Source of the DNA: Felis catus
Lineage: Eukaryota
Assembly (NCBI RefSeq): GCF_018350175.1
Contig: NC_058368.1
Location: 13,330,001 to 13,394,000 of the forward strand
Direction: 5' to 3'
DNA length: 64,000 nt
A model generated the notes under the pieces. The model had not been told where the DNA came from. It made no database searches and was given only the letters and a program-made list of their open reading frames with translations. This document shows, piece after piece, positions 39,158-51,400 of the stretch (the stretch's first letter is position 1; each line of letters starts with the position of its first letter). The position numbers were made by a program, and so were the translations under genes.

Positions 39158-39346
39158 TAATGGTTCTCAAAGTGTAGCCCTGAACCAACAGCATCAGCAT
39201 TGCCAGGGGGAATTTGTTGGAAATGCAAATACTTGGGCCCCATCCCAGACCCACCGGATTGGAAACTGTGGGGCTGAGGCCAGCAGTCTGTGTTTTAGCA
39301 AGTCTGACATCTGATTCTGATGCAGGCTGAAGTTTGAGGACCATTG
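39158..39346. mobile_element. MER5A (hAT-Charlie) MITE
   Basis: 189 bp; ends aatggttctcaaagt / agtttgaggaccattg; internal cagcatcagcat...gaaatgcaaat...tctgtgttttagcaag...tgattctgatgca. Confidence 0.9.
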
Positions 39347-39683
39347 CGGTTAGTAGCTTATGTGTTCTCTCCCTCAACTTGACTATAAGCTCTCTTAGAG
39401 CCATTGCCCAGGCAAGCGTGTGACTTGACACAGGGAGCTCAAACGATGAGCTGCAGTCTTGTTCTACATTATCCTCTGCTATTAAAATTGCACTGTCTTA
39501 ATTTCTAAGGGATATATTAGCTCCTTGCTGTTACCAGGCTCTGGGTGCTTCCCATCCCCTAGGAGTTCCTTCAGTGCTGCCCATGACTTTTATTAAAAAT
39601 CTCTTCAGTTAAAATTTTTCCAGGTGTCATCTGTTTCCTGTCAGAATCCTGATGGATACCGTGCCTTGAGTATATTCATTTCT

Positions 39684-39897
39684 GGGGTGCCTGGTTGGCC
39701 TAGCCAGTTGTGTCCAACTCTTGATTTTGGCTCCGGTCATGATCTCATGGTTCATGAGCTCAAGCCCCAAGTAGGATTCTGTCAGCTGACAGCACTGAGC
39801 CTCCTTGGGATTCTCTCTCTCCCTCTCTCTCTGCCCCTCACTGTCTCTTTCTCTTTCTCTTTCAAAATAAGTAAACCTTTTTTTTAAAAAAAAAAAA
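39684..39897 (+). mobile_element. Can-SINE
   Basis: ggggtgcctggttggc...ggtcatgatctcatggttcatgag...(ct)n...poly-A. Confidence 0.92.
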
Positions 39898-40889
39898 GGT
39901 TATTTTCATGTTTGTAAAGGACCACCAAAGGAATGCTTATTCCAAGGAAGAAAATTGCTGATGCTATACTTTCAGGCTTAGTTGAGGGTAAAGAACCTCT
40001 TGATGATATTCTAAAGACATAGCTGAGTTTATTTTCTATGTTCTGCATACCAGAGTTCTCCCAGTCCATTATACAATGTCTATTTAATTCTCACACTAAT
40101 AATCATGAGGTTTTGTTGTTACAGTTTTACTGGAAATCAAAGCACAGAGCAGTTGTGCCTTGCATCAGACTACAAAAGTGGAAGGTGGAGGCATCATCTA
40201 TCTGATGACCAAGTCAGTGTCTTTAAGCCCCCTATAGGCCCCAAGCATTGTCCCTTTACACAGGTGACCCTGCAAATACTACACAAGCGTGGGGGTGCTG
40301 GTCTGACCAGTCAGGAGGCAGAGGATGAAATGCTGGAAATACCAGGAGCGTAGCTTCTGCCTCACAGACAATGACCGAGAACTCTGCAGGGACCTGACAG
40401 GGCCACAGTGAAGGTTGGGGTAGGAGAGAATTAAGAATACAAGGTTAAGGGCATGTCACAAAGAGTGTGTGGTTTTCAAGGGATAGGCTGTGAAGACAGA
40501 AGGAAATTGTCTTCACTATTGAGAGGGGAAGAAAAAAGACAAAAATAGACCATATTGCAACTAAATGTCAACAAAAGTAGCAGTTAGGGGAGACCGCTAC
40601 AAGAATGGTACAGTTTAACAGTTGGAGAGTGAGTGAGATTAAGCTAACTAGTCAACTCTCCTTGCTGGGGGCTTTCCTGGCTTTTTTACCCCTCGGGAGA
40701 AGGTGGCAGTCACTAGAAAACGGCTCAACAGCATGTCCAGGGAAGTGAAGACAGATAGGGGTTTAACCATCATCGTGCTAACTACAGCGCTTCTCCTGAG
40801 TATAAATACCAACTCCCCAAATGGGCACAGTGGATCTCAAATCAAGGTCTACACTGAACACAGCAAGACTTTGCCTTCTGTAAGCATTA

Positions 40890-41097
40890 TTTTTTTTTTA
40901 ACGTTTATTTATTTTTGAGACAGAGAGAGACAGAGCATGAACGGGGGAGGGGCAGAGAGAGAGGGAGACACAGAATCGGAAGCAGGCTCCAGGCTCTGAG
41001 CCATCAGCCCAGAGCCCCGGGGCTCGAACTCACGGACTGCGAGATCGTGACCTGAGCTGAAGTCGGACGCTCAACTGACTGAGCCACCCAGGCACCC
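40890..41097 (-). mobile_element. Young Can-SINE (SINEC_Fc1-like) with perfect 13-bp TSD
   Basis: TSD tctgtaagcatta at 40877 and 41098; many CpGs retained; gagccatcagcccagagcc variant. Confidence 0.97.
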
Positions 41098-43851
41098 TCT
41101 GTAAGCATTAATGATAAGAATAGGCCTGGGAAACTGCCTTTTAGTGAGTGGTTCATCTAGTCATCATCCATAATGCCTGTTGAATAGATGGGAACGTGAA
41201 TTGTAGCTGGAATGAAACATCACCTTCCTCAGTAAGGGACACAGAAATGGCGACACTTCCCCCCAGCTCTGGGCTATGTGCGGAGCATGCCATGGTATAT
41301 ACACCCAGTGGAGCTTAGCACACTGTAGCAGAGAGCTCAGACAATACAGAATCAAACTTTCCAACCATGGTAAGTGACATAAAAGAAATAAACACGATAG
41401 GATGGAGAAGGTGGTCAAAACCCTCTGAGGAGGAGACATAAAGGATTACAAAGACAAAGACAAAGACAAACACTGACTTCAAAATACACGAGCAAAGCTT
41501 TTCAGGTGCAGAGTGCAGTCAGGGCAAAGGCCTAAAGTTGGGAACAATCTTGGTGCCTTCTAGTGTGTTCTAGGCTTGGAGTGCATGAGGGGAGGGCCAG
41601 GAGGTGAAGCTGGAAACAGGTGTCAACTTGAAACCAGCTATGGAGCCTAAGAAGCCCTACATCTCTCAGCTCATGATGCTACGATTCCATCCAAGCTGTG
41701 GGGCCCTGTAAAAAGATGAACGGGGATCCATTTTCCTTTCTTTGCTGAGAATAAGCTCCTGCTCCTGGCAGGCTGTCCGGAGCCTTGGCAGGTGCAGCCT
41801 CCCTTGACTTTATAAATGGGCAGCCTGTAGTCAAGAATTTCCAAATGTGATTAAAATGAAACCGCCATTGAAATCAGGTTTGGCTGCCTGTCTCTCTGGT
41901 ACTCAGAAAGAAGAGCCCCTCCTGGACCTGGCAGGCAAACTCGGTGACATTGTTTGGAATAGATTTAGGAAGGCCTGCCAGGTAGACAGGAGATTTCAAT
42001 AACTGTGCAGCCAAATTAGTAATTAGAGGGACTGGGTACTGGGGACGCACCATGAAAAACCCTATGACCTCTCAATAGTTGAAGTCATTGAGATAAATGA
42101 GCTCCGAAAACAGTGCTTCATTTTAGAAAGTGCACATACTTTATGATTAACTCCTTATGACCACATTCCCCCGAGGCTGGCTAACCACTGTTCATTGAAA
42201 TCAGAAAACGGTAAGTTCTCAATAGTTCTCTTGGCCAGTTCAGCCCTTGAACAGTTCAAAAGAGGAAAGATTGGCTCCAGAATGTTCTATATTGGCAGAG
42301 AAGTACAGATAAAATACATTTTCCTGGATGGTTTCAGTTTAAATCCAAGGCCAACAGACCAAATTTCTACCATTTCCTCTCTCCGTGGTTAGTTGTGTCG
42401 TGGAAGAGATGGTTCCAGAACGATAAACAAAAGTAATGCTTTAAGTAAACGGACTGTACCTGCTCGTGAGAGTAATGAGGATCCACAGCCAACACAGCAG
42501 TAGCTCACACTTCCCTCCGTGGCTCGTTTTAATTGAAACTGATGGAGCTGGGGAGCTGACTGGGTTTTGCATAAATCATCATCGGTAATACACTTTCAAG
42601 GGTAATCACAACATTAATACACCAAGCAGGAAGTGAAATAATTAAAATTTAGCACATTGCAGTATTGAAGTTTCTAAAATTAATCCACAGCACCTTTCCT
42701 CTGTACAAATGAGCAATTGCTTCCATCCACAGAGAAGGACATTCAAAAAAATACTACATTACGTACGCCATCAGCAACAACAACAAAATTTCCACTTTTC
42801 TTCCTATATTGCAATCATCTGCATACATTTTAAATGCTTTTCCTTACTTCTCTGGTGGTGCTAATTTTTAAAAAATTAGTTTTACCTGCCTTTAAGCTAA
42901 ATATGTGGCATAAAGTCATGTAAAATAGAAATCCTGTAAATCTGGGAGTGTTGGAGAGAAAAATTGTTCCCATATGACTCTTAGGAAGATAATTCCAGTC
43001 CAGAGAGTGAATATGGGTATGTACAATGGGGAGAAACCTGTGGTGATGAGCATCTAATTTCAATATATCTGTATAAAAGGTAATAAAATATCTAGGCTGG
43101 ATACCATAGTGAGCCACAGGGGTAAGATAGTCGGTGGTACTAAATGGCTTACTTGTCCTGATAAAGCAAGTATCTTTAATGCCTCATGTCTGACAAAAGA
43201 GAATCAGCAAGAAAGCTCCCTATTGTAATGTGTAATCTCACATGCAGACAGCCTGAGAGCAGCAGTATTTTGTGGGGGACCACACCCCAGTGTTCTCAGA
43301 CTAGGAACATCTTGACCTAGAAGTACAAAAATAGCAGCTGGGCACTTCCTTTCACCAAGATGTTGAGGAGAGGCTTCATTCAATGGGCAGGATTACTGGT
43401 AGCAAGACAGAATCCCAGACAAAAACTCCCCCTCCCCCAAACTGTGAAGTAGGTGAAGTTGGTTTTGGGATCTCCTCGGTCACCTTGATATCATTTCTTT
43501 TCTCCCTTATTGTCACACCTTCCACAGGGAATTAGGGATCTCCCAGTATCTGGAGAGAAGAGAAGGTAATGAGTCCCCATCACCATATAAGAATTACTTG
43601 ACTAGGGAATTTCACCTAGACTTTGTTGATGAGAGGAACCGCAAAGAAGAATTCGGTTGTTCATTCTTTTCCGAGGAAGATTTGGATCGTTCTTTTCCAA
43701 ATATAGTTGTAACACACCTACCACTCCCTCACACATTCCTCCTAGCAAATGCTCCATGGTATCTTGGCTTTAAACTACCCAGAAGCACTTAAGATTATCT
43801 GCAGTAGAGATTTATTTTGACCTCTTCTTCCAGATCATTTACAAGTGTTGA

Positions 43852-44056
43852 GGGGAGCCTGGGTGGTTCAGTCGGTTGAGGACCCGACTTCAGCTCAGGT
43901 CATGATCTCACAATTTGTGAGTTCAAGCTCCACATCAGGCTCTGGGTAGACTGCTTAGAGCCTGGAGCCTGCTTCGGACTCTGCGTCTCTCTCTCTCTCT
44001 GTCCCTCACCCACTCACACTCTATCTCTCTCTCTCTAAAATATAAACATTAACAAA
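43852..44056 (+). mobile_element. Can-SINE
   Basis: TSD attta(c/t)aagtgttga on both sides. Confidence 0.95.
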
Positions 44057-44574
44057 ATTTATAAGTGTTGAATTATGTCAGTCCTTACATCTATCCCTTA
44101 CAGACTTTACTCTGATATTTACTCATCTTGGGGTGTTCTTAGTAAAGTTCTTCTTAGAGGTCAGGTTCAAAGAGACAGAGGGATTTCTAATGGTAGTATT
44201 TTGGATACTAGAGAAGGGGAATTAGAATTGAGAGATGGGACAATGTCTCCAATGTCTCTTACATCACATTATTCAAGTGTTACTTCCCATGCTGCCTATC
44301 TGGTGAAGTCAATTCTGATGACTTGCCATTTGAAGCAAACACTGCCATTTCCTACAATGAAAAATCCTCTAGTGGATTTGATTACCCTCAAGTGATGGGG
44401 TACATGAAAATAAATGCAGAGTAAGGAGAGCTCTCAGTTAAAGTCAGGTTTCTAAGGGTCACCTGGCCAAGAGAATTTCCAGTAAACCATGATCATAAAA
44501 ACTGCTTCATTTGGAAAATAGTAAGGGCCCTTATCATATTATCTTAATGCTTTTTAATGAATACTCTTACATGA

Positions 44575-44776
44575 TTTTTTTTACTGTTTACTTATTTCTG
44601 AGAGCTAAAGAGAGAGAAAGAGAGGAGCAGGGGAAAGGCAGAGAGAGAGGGAGACACAGAATCCAAAGCAGGCTCCAGGTTCTGAGCTGTCAGCACAGAG
44701 CTTGAACTCATGAACCGTGAGATCATGACCTGAGCCAAAGTCGGACGTTTAACCAGCCGAACCACCCAGTCACCCC
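44575..44776 (-). mobile_element. Can-SINE
   Basis: gagagagggagacacagaatccaaagcaggctccagg...gagatcatgacctgagccaaagtcggacg. Confidence 0.94.
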
Positions 44777-45074
44777 AAGACTCTTATTACATGTTTTAAG
44801 TGCAACTATTTCTGTTAATGCCAGAGAACAGAGATGCAAACAAGTCCCACTGAAATTCTTAGGCACAATCTAAGCAAATTGTCAGTATCCTTGATCAAAA
44901 CTTCAGTATCTTTAAATATCTCTCCAGGTCTTACCTGGTACACATCCAAATGCTTTTGCTACTGTTAAGTCTCCTAGCTCAACTTCCTGGGATTTTCAGG
45001 GAGGAGTAAAATTTAGGTAATACGGGTGCCATCAATTCACATCAAGTCAAGATACGTTGATTGAATGTCTATTA

Positions 45075-45265
45075 AGAAGGAAAAATGAACAGTGGAAAGC
45101 AAAGAGGAAAGAGGTGGAGGAGGAGGAGGAGGGAAAGAGGAAGAAGAGGAACAGAAGCACAAGCAAAAGGAGGAGGAGGAGAAAGAGGAGAAAGGGGCAG
45201 AGGAAAGAAGGGCAGCACAGAGACAGGGAAAGAGAAGTGGGACAAGAAGAGCAGGGAGGGGAAGA
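45075..45265. repeat. GA-rich (GAG/GAA) low-complexity purine tract
   Basis: ggaggaggaggaggagggaaagaggaagaagagg... Confidence 0.9.
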
Positions 45266-46019
45266 AATCAAAGCAGACACCATGCTCAGCTTCACTAAGC
45301 AACATTACTGTGAACATCTTTCCCATTGCCATCACACACTTGCCAGTCACCAGCCGCCCTCCAGCCCTGTGATGATGCCCCTCAGGCACACTCACCAATA
45401 CATTAGAGAAGCTACAGTTTTTCTAAACCTTTCATCTTTCTACTCAAAGTAGGCAACTACCAGAAAGGTTTTAACGGAGTCTAGTTACCTCCCCTCCAGG
45501 AAATGTGCTAAGTGTCCTATTTGTAAATCACTGCGATGATAGAGCAAGAGTTATTTTCTTCCAGATTTATTTTGGTTTTGATCATGTTGAATTTTGATAA
45601 CTTTGTCATCAAGCATAATTAAGAAAATAATGTAATTACGGAGTACATAGCACAGGTGAAATGTAATTATTTGCACTCCCAGGAAATGAGCTCTTACGAG
45701 CAAAGTAGTGACTTGAAGGAAGGTCAGGAAACCAAGTGTCCTGCTCCTCTGATTGAATGGTGCTTCCATCTGTACTGGGCTGAATCAAACAAGCAATCAG
45801 CCAGCCAGAAGACTCAAGGCAGGATCGATGGGCTGCAACCCCGAGCAACATCTGGTCCCTTGAGCAGCCACAGTAATTCCATAAATGGTTAGAGCTGCAG
45901 TGTCTTCAGGAAAACAAATAACGAAAAATTTCATGTTTTCTCCTGCCAGCCGACCTTCCCTACTTTGGCTGTCTTTCACAAGAAAACATAAAGCATGGCC
46001 TAACAATAAAAAAAAATGT

Positions 46020-46344
46020 TGCTATAGACTGCTTGTGTCTCCCACATTTACGTGTTGAAACCTAATCCCTCACGTGATGGTGTTTGGAGGTGAGTAGGTC
46101 ATAAGAGCAGAACCCTCATAAACAGGATTAGTGCCCTCATAAAAGAGACTCTAGAGAGCCCCCTTAACTCTTCCTCCAGGCGAGGACAGAGCCCTGTGAG
46201 AAACGGGAGGCAGGTGCTCACCGAACACCAAATCAGCTGGCACCTTGATTTTGACCTCCTAGCCTCCAGAACTATGAGAAAGAAATTGTTGCTAAGCCAC
46301 TCAGTCTACGATGTTTTGTTATAGCAGCCTGAACAGATGAAGGC
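46020..46344 (+). mobile_element. MLT1A/B-like MaLR solo LTR
   Basis: tgctatagactg...tgttgaaacctaatccc...ggattagtgccctcataaaagagac...gcctccagaactatgagaaa...aagccactcagtctacgatgttttgttatagcagcctgaaca. Confidence 0.9.
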
Positions 46345-46954
46345 AATAATAATTAGGGAAGTAAAGTTCTCTAAAAGACAGTGTATAATCTCAGAACAGG
46401 GGCAAGCACAATGCGTGCCACAAAACAAGTATTCCATTAAACGAAGGACCTGTTAATTCTGGACCAACTTGGGATTGGAATGGGGATTGTCTGCAACCTA
46501 GACCAGATCCAGAGATTACAAATAGTTCTGAGATTTTCCTCCCCTAAAGCCAGGGAATTTTAGTACTTGGTTCGGGGACCCTGTCCTCAGGGGATAGCTC
46601 CACACTAGCTGGCTGGACAATGATGGGACAAGTTGGATCTCAGTATGTGTTTGCCATCTGAGAAAATTCACATTTGTGCCAGAAGTTTTAAGTCGTAACT
46701 TGCTTTAGTTTCTGCAGACAGCAGAAGTGCAAGGGATATGGAAAAAGAACAAAGTGCCAGTATCTTTAGAACATTACTGAAGGCTCCTCATGTATGATGC
46801 AAAGAAGTTTTCGTTCGGATTTTGATCTTAGTTTCACCTAAAGAGGAAATGCCTTTTTATTTGGCTTGTTTGCAATTTTTAAAACTTATTTTGTAAATAT
46901 TTTATAATATTTAAAACAGTATATAATGAGGACTCTATGCCTCTCGCAGCAGAA

Positions 46955-47025
46955 AATAATTAATAATACTTGGCACTTAATGGCACTTTTCATCATTAAA
47001 TCTCTTTGTAGACATTAATTAAGGG
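46955..47025 (-). mobile_element. Possible ancient amniote SINE 3' remnant (MIR1_Amn/AmnSINE-like)
   Basis: aataatacttggcacttaatggcacttttcatc...ctttgtagacattaattaa resembles the recalled tail of ancient CORE-SINEs. Confidence 0.4.
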
Positions 47026-47699
47026 AAAGATACTTCATCTTTTTTAAGTTGCTGTTAGGCTCCCATCACTGCATTTCATGAATATCAGTTGCAATGGGAA
47101 GTGAAATATGTAGAATTCAAAATAAAAGTCTGCCAGAGGTTTGCCTGATAGGTAAAAATAAGCTTTTGTGTGTCTTCTATTGTACTCTGTCCCTTCAGTT
47201 AGGTTTGTAAATAACATTTATTCATGACTCTATCTTGAAATCTATTCATTCTTTGATTACAAATACTGTGATATTATATTAAAAAAACAAATATTTTGTG
47301 AAGTATTTTGATTTATTCAAATGCAAAACCTTCATGAATAAAGGTACCCAAAGTGTTCCTTTTTGTGGAGAGAGAGTTCAGTGGGGCCAAGTTGAAGCAG
47401 CCTCCTGCCTCTATCCCCTGGAAAGTGAGAGGTTTATTTGGTAAGAGAGATGATCCTTTTGATCTTTCTTCTTCCTCCGTCCAAAGGGACAAAATTTATT
47501 CACCTACAGGGCCAATCTTACAGTCTTATGTCAATGGCCCACTTCTTCCAGAAGTCTCCTCTCATTGGTTTCTGATGTCTGGATTTCTAAGGATAATCCT
47601 TTTATTTTATAATGTGAGATAATAAACCTTGCCTCCCACTTCTCATCTAAAATAGCTACCAGCCCAGCCAGAGCTCCAACCTCCTCCCACAATTCCATG

Positions 47700-48600
47700 C
47701 TCACTTGTATTTATCTCCTTCACTTCTGTCTTGGAGACTCACTCCTATTTCACCCAACTCTGTCAACACTTGGAGCTTCCCTTTCCCTCCTTTGACAATC
47801 ATGTCATTTATCCTCAATTTCTCCCTCCTTACCGACTCCTCCTTGGAATTCTTTAAATGCAAACCATTATCAGTTGTATGCATCCCCTGTAGGTACGGTC
47901 TTGTCCTCCTCTTCATGATGGGCTTCTTACAAGAGTAGCCTTCTATGTGAGGAGCCTACCTCATTGTATCTGTTTGCTCTCTTCCCATTCATTCTTCAAA
48001 TGATACCAACTGCTTTCTGCCCTAACAACCCCCTGAATGGTGGCAAAGGAAACAAAGCATCATCTAAATGCCATTTACAGTAGGTGCCTTCCACTCAACA
48101 TCTCCTCCTTTAATATCATTCTTTCCTGGTTCCTCACATACGTTTGAATGCTCCTTTTCCATCTTTCTCAGGGCTCTCATCCCCCTGAATGTTTGTGTTT
48201 CCAAGGATTCTGTTCTCTGAGTTCTAATCATTGACTTCACCTTTCCAGAGGGACTTTGTCAAGCCTAGATTGCAACCACCACTTGGAACGACAGTTTAAA
48301 CATGTTACAGCCCATTCTGCTCTGCCTTTCAGCACTGTTTCCTCTGCCTGGGTTGTCATTCAGCCTGGATAACTCCTTATCAGTCTTCAAAACCAGGTTC
48401 AAGGAGATAGTTGGTCCCTCCTCAGTCCTCATAGCTTCTTACACACATGTGTGTGGATGTGTGGATGAATGTGTGTGTGCAATATGTCTATACTTGAAGA
48501 TTTCTCAAGGAAAGGGATTCCAGCTTCATTATCTTTGCATTCTCAGCACATACAATAGTTGGAATAAGGCAGACCAAGATGACTATTTTGGATTAGAGAA
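47700..48600 (+). mobile_element. Degraded L2 fragments
   Basis: Pyrimidine-rich L2-like motifs: ccaactgctttctgccct, catctaaatgccattt, gcactgtttcctctgcctgg, atctttgcattctcagcacatacaatag. Confidence 0.55.
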
Positions 48601-50023
48601 TGAGAGAGAATAATAATGTGAACTCGGTTCAAGGTTACTTTTTCTTTGTTTCACTCTCAAGGTGACTAATGAACAATACAAAGGCCATACATCAGACAAG
48701 AATGTTGGGAGAGAATGTAGCTCCCCATTGCTTCTCTTTGCATCTCACAGAGGTATGCCCACATTTTGGTGGGATTGGCAGGCCACACAGAGTGAGACAT
48801 CTGCCACATCAGAGAAACCGAGAACTGTGAACTTGTTTTCTTTTGTATCCAGAGCCATGTCTGAACCCAGGAGTATATTTTTCCACTATATAAGAAAACA
48901 AGTTTGCTGATCATTCAGTGAGCAACGTCCAGCTTAATGGCAGGTTCCCAGCCTCCAAATGCTTGCCTTGCCAGTACTGGGTCAGACGTCCCTTATCTAT
49001 ACTTACACTTTAGTGTAAGTATAGATACTTACACTGAGGAATTTTTACATGTCCATTTATCAATTTTTCATGGTCAGGCAAGAACCAAGTTTATATGAGT
49101 TTCATAAATATTAAATGAATTGGTTATCAAATGAGTAAATGGCCATCTGGTTGAAGTAATGCGTTGACTTTGTAATCCATTGCCTTGTTACCCACTGACA
49201 GTGGGGGTAACTCAGACATGTTGGGTATGAGTAGAAACAGCTCCTCATCATGGAATATTTGAGATAAGCAGATATCTGAGATAACCCAGGGACACCAGTC
49301 TAATAAGACTGAGTTTGAGGAATGGGGTTTCCTTTTTCCTAACTCTCACTACAATTCTGATAATACATTCTATCTTCATTCTGCTTCTCATTCAGTTGTA
49401 GAAGGCCAACTCAACTGTGGTAATGTGAATGATGATTTATCATGATTCCATGAAGAAACCCCCTTGTGAAAGATTTAAGAATAGAGTGGATGAATGCATA
49501 CGTTTATGTATGTATGTAAGCTCATTCAGAGAAGCTCAAAATTCATTCTGTTTAAATTGAACTTTGTGTCCTAAGAATTCCATTTTATATAGTATCACTT
49601 TTGCATACAAAGTAGCAGCAAAGCTACCAATAACTTCAGGAAGGATTTAATAACAATTTGCCAAACGTCTCTAGAGATACAAGCGAAATATAGTACCTAA
49701 ATAACAAATTACTTTTGGAGAGCCTTCTACATGCCAAGGACTATGAAAGACCAGTCTTTGGATTCAAGGAACTTACTAATGTGTTGATAAAGTAAAATGC
49801 ATCCACATGAAACATGAGGGAAGAGTGCATTTAATCATATGTCAAATTATGTGATTCAGATGAAATGCTGTAGACTAGGAATGATGTGGGAGCATCCTGT
49901 CAGCTAACACATTACTGCGGGAGCAGCAGGTCTTTAAGAAGTCAGACAGTTCTGGGTTGAAGTTCTGCACCTGCCAGGTAATTTTAACCTCAGGCAGTGC
50001 TTAATTCATCCCTCTACGTGTAC

Positions 50024-50259
50024 TTTTCTTTTCTTTTTTTTTTTAAGATTTTTTATAATCTTTATTTATTTTTGAGAGAGACAGAAACAGAGCGAGAGCA
50101 GGGCAGGGGCAGAGAGAGAGAAAGACACAGAATCCGAAGCAGGCTCCAGGCTCCGAGCTGTCAGCACAGAGCCCGACGTGGGGCTCGAACTCATGGACCA
50201 TGAGATCATGACCTGAGCTGAAGTTGGACGCTTAACCGACAGAGCCACCCAGGCGTCCC
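50024..50259 (-). mobile_element. Can-SINE (SINEC_Fc) inserted in a MIR
   Basis: Near-consensus body; MIR-like sequence on both sides (gaagtcagacagttctgggttgaag... and ...tttctttaaccgtgggggtaat). Confidence 0.95.
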
Positions 50260-50659
50260 TAAGTGTGCGTTTCTTTAACCGTGGGGGTAATTCATCTATT
50301 CTACTGACTTGCCAGCTCTGCACCCCAAGTTTTCTTCCATACAATGTTGCTGTCAAGACAGGTGAGGCAATATGAATATATCATTATTTTATTTGTTTAT
50401 GATGATTATGACCAAATCAAAGAAAGGCACACATCATCTCTTCCCAGGAGATGCTGTACACTCAGGCTCAACCCAACTCTTCCACCCAAAATCCAGTCAC
50501 CCTATTTATAATCTGCTGCTTTGTCTGTCATCCAAACTCCTCCTCCTTCTTCCAATGGTGGTGCTAATATTGCCTTTTGATTACTATTTATTTTTCACCT
50601 GCAAGCGTAAAACTATGACCATTATGTGGAGCCAATCCTATAAAGACAGGAGAATTTCC

Positions 50660-51400
50660 TAGTAGGCAGGAACAGTAAGTTCAAAGCTTTGAGGCAGAAA
50701 CAAGTAGTACATGTTCAAGAGAGGGTAAAAAAAGGCCAGTATATCTGGGACATAGAGAGTGAGGGAGGCAGGGATGGGAAGTGGGGGTGTGAGAAGCAGG
50801 CAGCAATCAGATCAGGGAGACACATTAGAAAATATGCATTTCTTCTAAGAACAATGCAAAGTCATGGGAGGTTTAAGCAGTGAGGTGACATGATTGGATT
50901 CATGATTCACGGCTCATTCTTATTGTTAGATCTTTACAAGGGAGAGTGAAAGCGTGTAGACCAGTCAGGTGACTGTTTCTATACTCTGATCTGGAGGTGA
51001 TGGTGTTTAGGCTAATGTTATGGCAGTAGACTATGAGCAAAATGAAAGGTCTCAAGATACATTAAATATCCATCTTCAATAAGTGTTTCACATTTAAGGA
51101 ATAGAAAGGCTCACTGGGAAGTGAACAAGAAGAGTGATAGGAGATTGAGGTCCAAGAGGTCAACAGGAATCATATCAAAGAGACTAAGTTAGGAACCTTG
51201 CTGTCATATTTTGCAGAATCTATTGTCAAATTGGATGTGGGAGTCAAAGGGAAAGAGGTGAACTAAATGTGACTCGTTTCCAAGTCTGTGGCCAGAGCAA
51301 CTGAATTGCTGGTGGTATCATTTCCAGAGAAGAGCAAGTCCTGGGGAAGCGTAGATTTGGGGAGGTGGAATCCACAGTTCTGTTCAAGACACGATAAGAT
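50660..51400 (-). mobile_element. L2 fragments (antisense)
   Basis: aggcaggaacagtaagttcaaagctttgagg...ggaggtttaagcagtgaggtgacatgattggatt...gagcaactgaattgctggtggtatcatttccagaga. Confidence 0.7.

Noticed and set aside
41921..41990. pre-miRNA-like hairpin (acctggcaggc ... gcctgccaggt)
   Set aside because: Only an 11-bp stem with a poorly pairing 36-nt interior; too short for a Drosha substrate.
45047..45452. Overlapping ORFs with E/K/R-rich or L/F/S-rich peptides
   Set aside because: An artefact of a stop-poor GA-rich low-complexity tract.
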